This document shows, one piece after another, positions 63,198-64,000 of a DNA stretch of 64,000 nt. Every line of letters begins with the position of its first letter. The stretch's first letter is position 1. Both the position numbers and the translations under genes were made by a program. The stretch is from Polyangiales bacterium (GTDB lineage Bacteria > Myxococcota_A > Polyangia > Polyangiales > JADJQN01). The notes below the pieces were generated by a model that was not told the origin of the DNA, did no database searches, and saw nothing but the letters and a program-made list of their open reading frames with translations. The stretch lies in assembly GCA_964202905.1 (NCBI GenBank), contig CAXNJO010000004.1:32001-96000 (forward strand). The letters are read 5' to 3'.

Positions 63198-64000
63198 TCA
63201 GCGCTCGGGCTGCGTCGAGGGCGCGGGGCGCGCCGCGCCGCGGGCGGGTAGCGGCGAGAGGCGGCTCATCTTGCCGACACGCAAGCGCACGCCGCGCCAC
63301 TCGACGGTGCGCGCGACGGCGGCGTACGGCCAAACCGCGGCCATCATCAGATCCTTCAGCGGCGCGAGCGCGAGGTGCCGCGCGTGCATGCCGTGGCCGC
63401 GCGTCCGCCGCATCAGGAAGATGTCGAGCGCGACCTTCATGGCCACGATCCCCGCGAAGACGGCGAGGGGTAGCGGCCGGAAGCCCGCGAGCGCGACACC
63501 GACGAGCCCCACAGCGACGGGATTGCCGAACAGATCCCCGCAGAACGCGGGGACGTGGATGACGGCGCGCATCTGGAGCCAGCGCGCGTGCCGCGAGAGG
63601 AAGCGGTCGACCGACGCGCGCACGTTCACGTTCTCGACGGTCGTCGTCGAGAGGATCACGCGGCGCCCGGCCTGCGCATACGCCTGGCCGATCAGGTAGT
63701 CCTCGGTGAGGTGATCCTTGAAGGCGGCGAGCCCGCCCACCGTCGCGAGCTCGCTCTTGCGGAGCAGCATCGACTTGCCGATGACGCACGTGACGCCCGC
63801 GACGTGGAGCGCGAAGCACGTCGCGGGGGCGATCCACGCGGAGAGCTGGAGGTTCTCGAGGGCGGCGCCGACGCTCTCTTCGCCCGCGCCGACGACCATC
63901 GAGGAGAGCAGCGCGCCGTCCTCCGCGAGCAGCTCGCCGACGATGCGCCGCAGGTAGTCGGGGCGCACGCGCACGTTCGCGTCGGACTGCAGGACGAGGT
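63198..64000 (-). CDS. Ceramide glucosyltransferase / HpnI-like glycosyltransferase, 5' end outside the window
   Basis: SDANVRVRPDYL, IGKSML, GGL...LTED, RHARW; C-terminal VEWRG. Confidence 0.85.
   Translation of the reverse strand, partial: LVLQSDANVRVRPDYLRRIVGELLAEDGALLSSMVVGAGEESVGAALENLQLSAWIAPATCFALHVAGVTCVIGKSMLLRKSELATVGGLAAFKDHLTEDYLIGQAYAQAGRRVILSTTTVENVNVRASVDRFLSRHARWLQMRAVIHVPAFCGDLFGNPVAVGLVGVALAGFRPLPLAVFAGIVAMKVALDIFLMRRTRGHGMHARHLALAPLKDLMMAAVWPYAAVARTVEWRGVRLRVGKMSRLSPLPARGAARPAPSTQPER

Overview
Very GC-rich, gene-dense chromosomal window, most consistent with a myxobacterium (Myxococcota, probably Polyangia). This rests on a MYXO-CTERM signal, Cys/Asp-rich surface repeats, a short MARVTVEDC-type RpoZ, a TsaP-like LysM gene and FHA signalling proteins. 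Housekeeping genes include groES-groEL with a CIRCE operator, rpoZ, accA, dksA, ffh, polA and a deoxynucleoside kinase. It also carries a MoxR-DUF58-vWA operon, four cyclic-nucleotide enzymes, envelope proteins and a collapsed czcBAC-like efflux remnant. The most striking feature is a ~2,900-aa surface protein (37728-46457, minus). It has a complete MYXO-CTERM sorting signal in its middle, followed in frame by a second lipoprotein-type signal, so it may be a polyprotein cut into two separately anchored adhesins. Several genes (rpoZ, polA, mltD-like, M48-RCC1) carry apparent single-base insertions that are probably sequencing errors. I recognised no rRNA, tRNA, CRISPR array or intact mobile element. 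All family assignments come from motif recognition by eye, not database searches.
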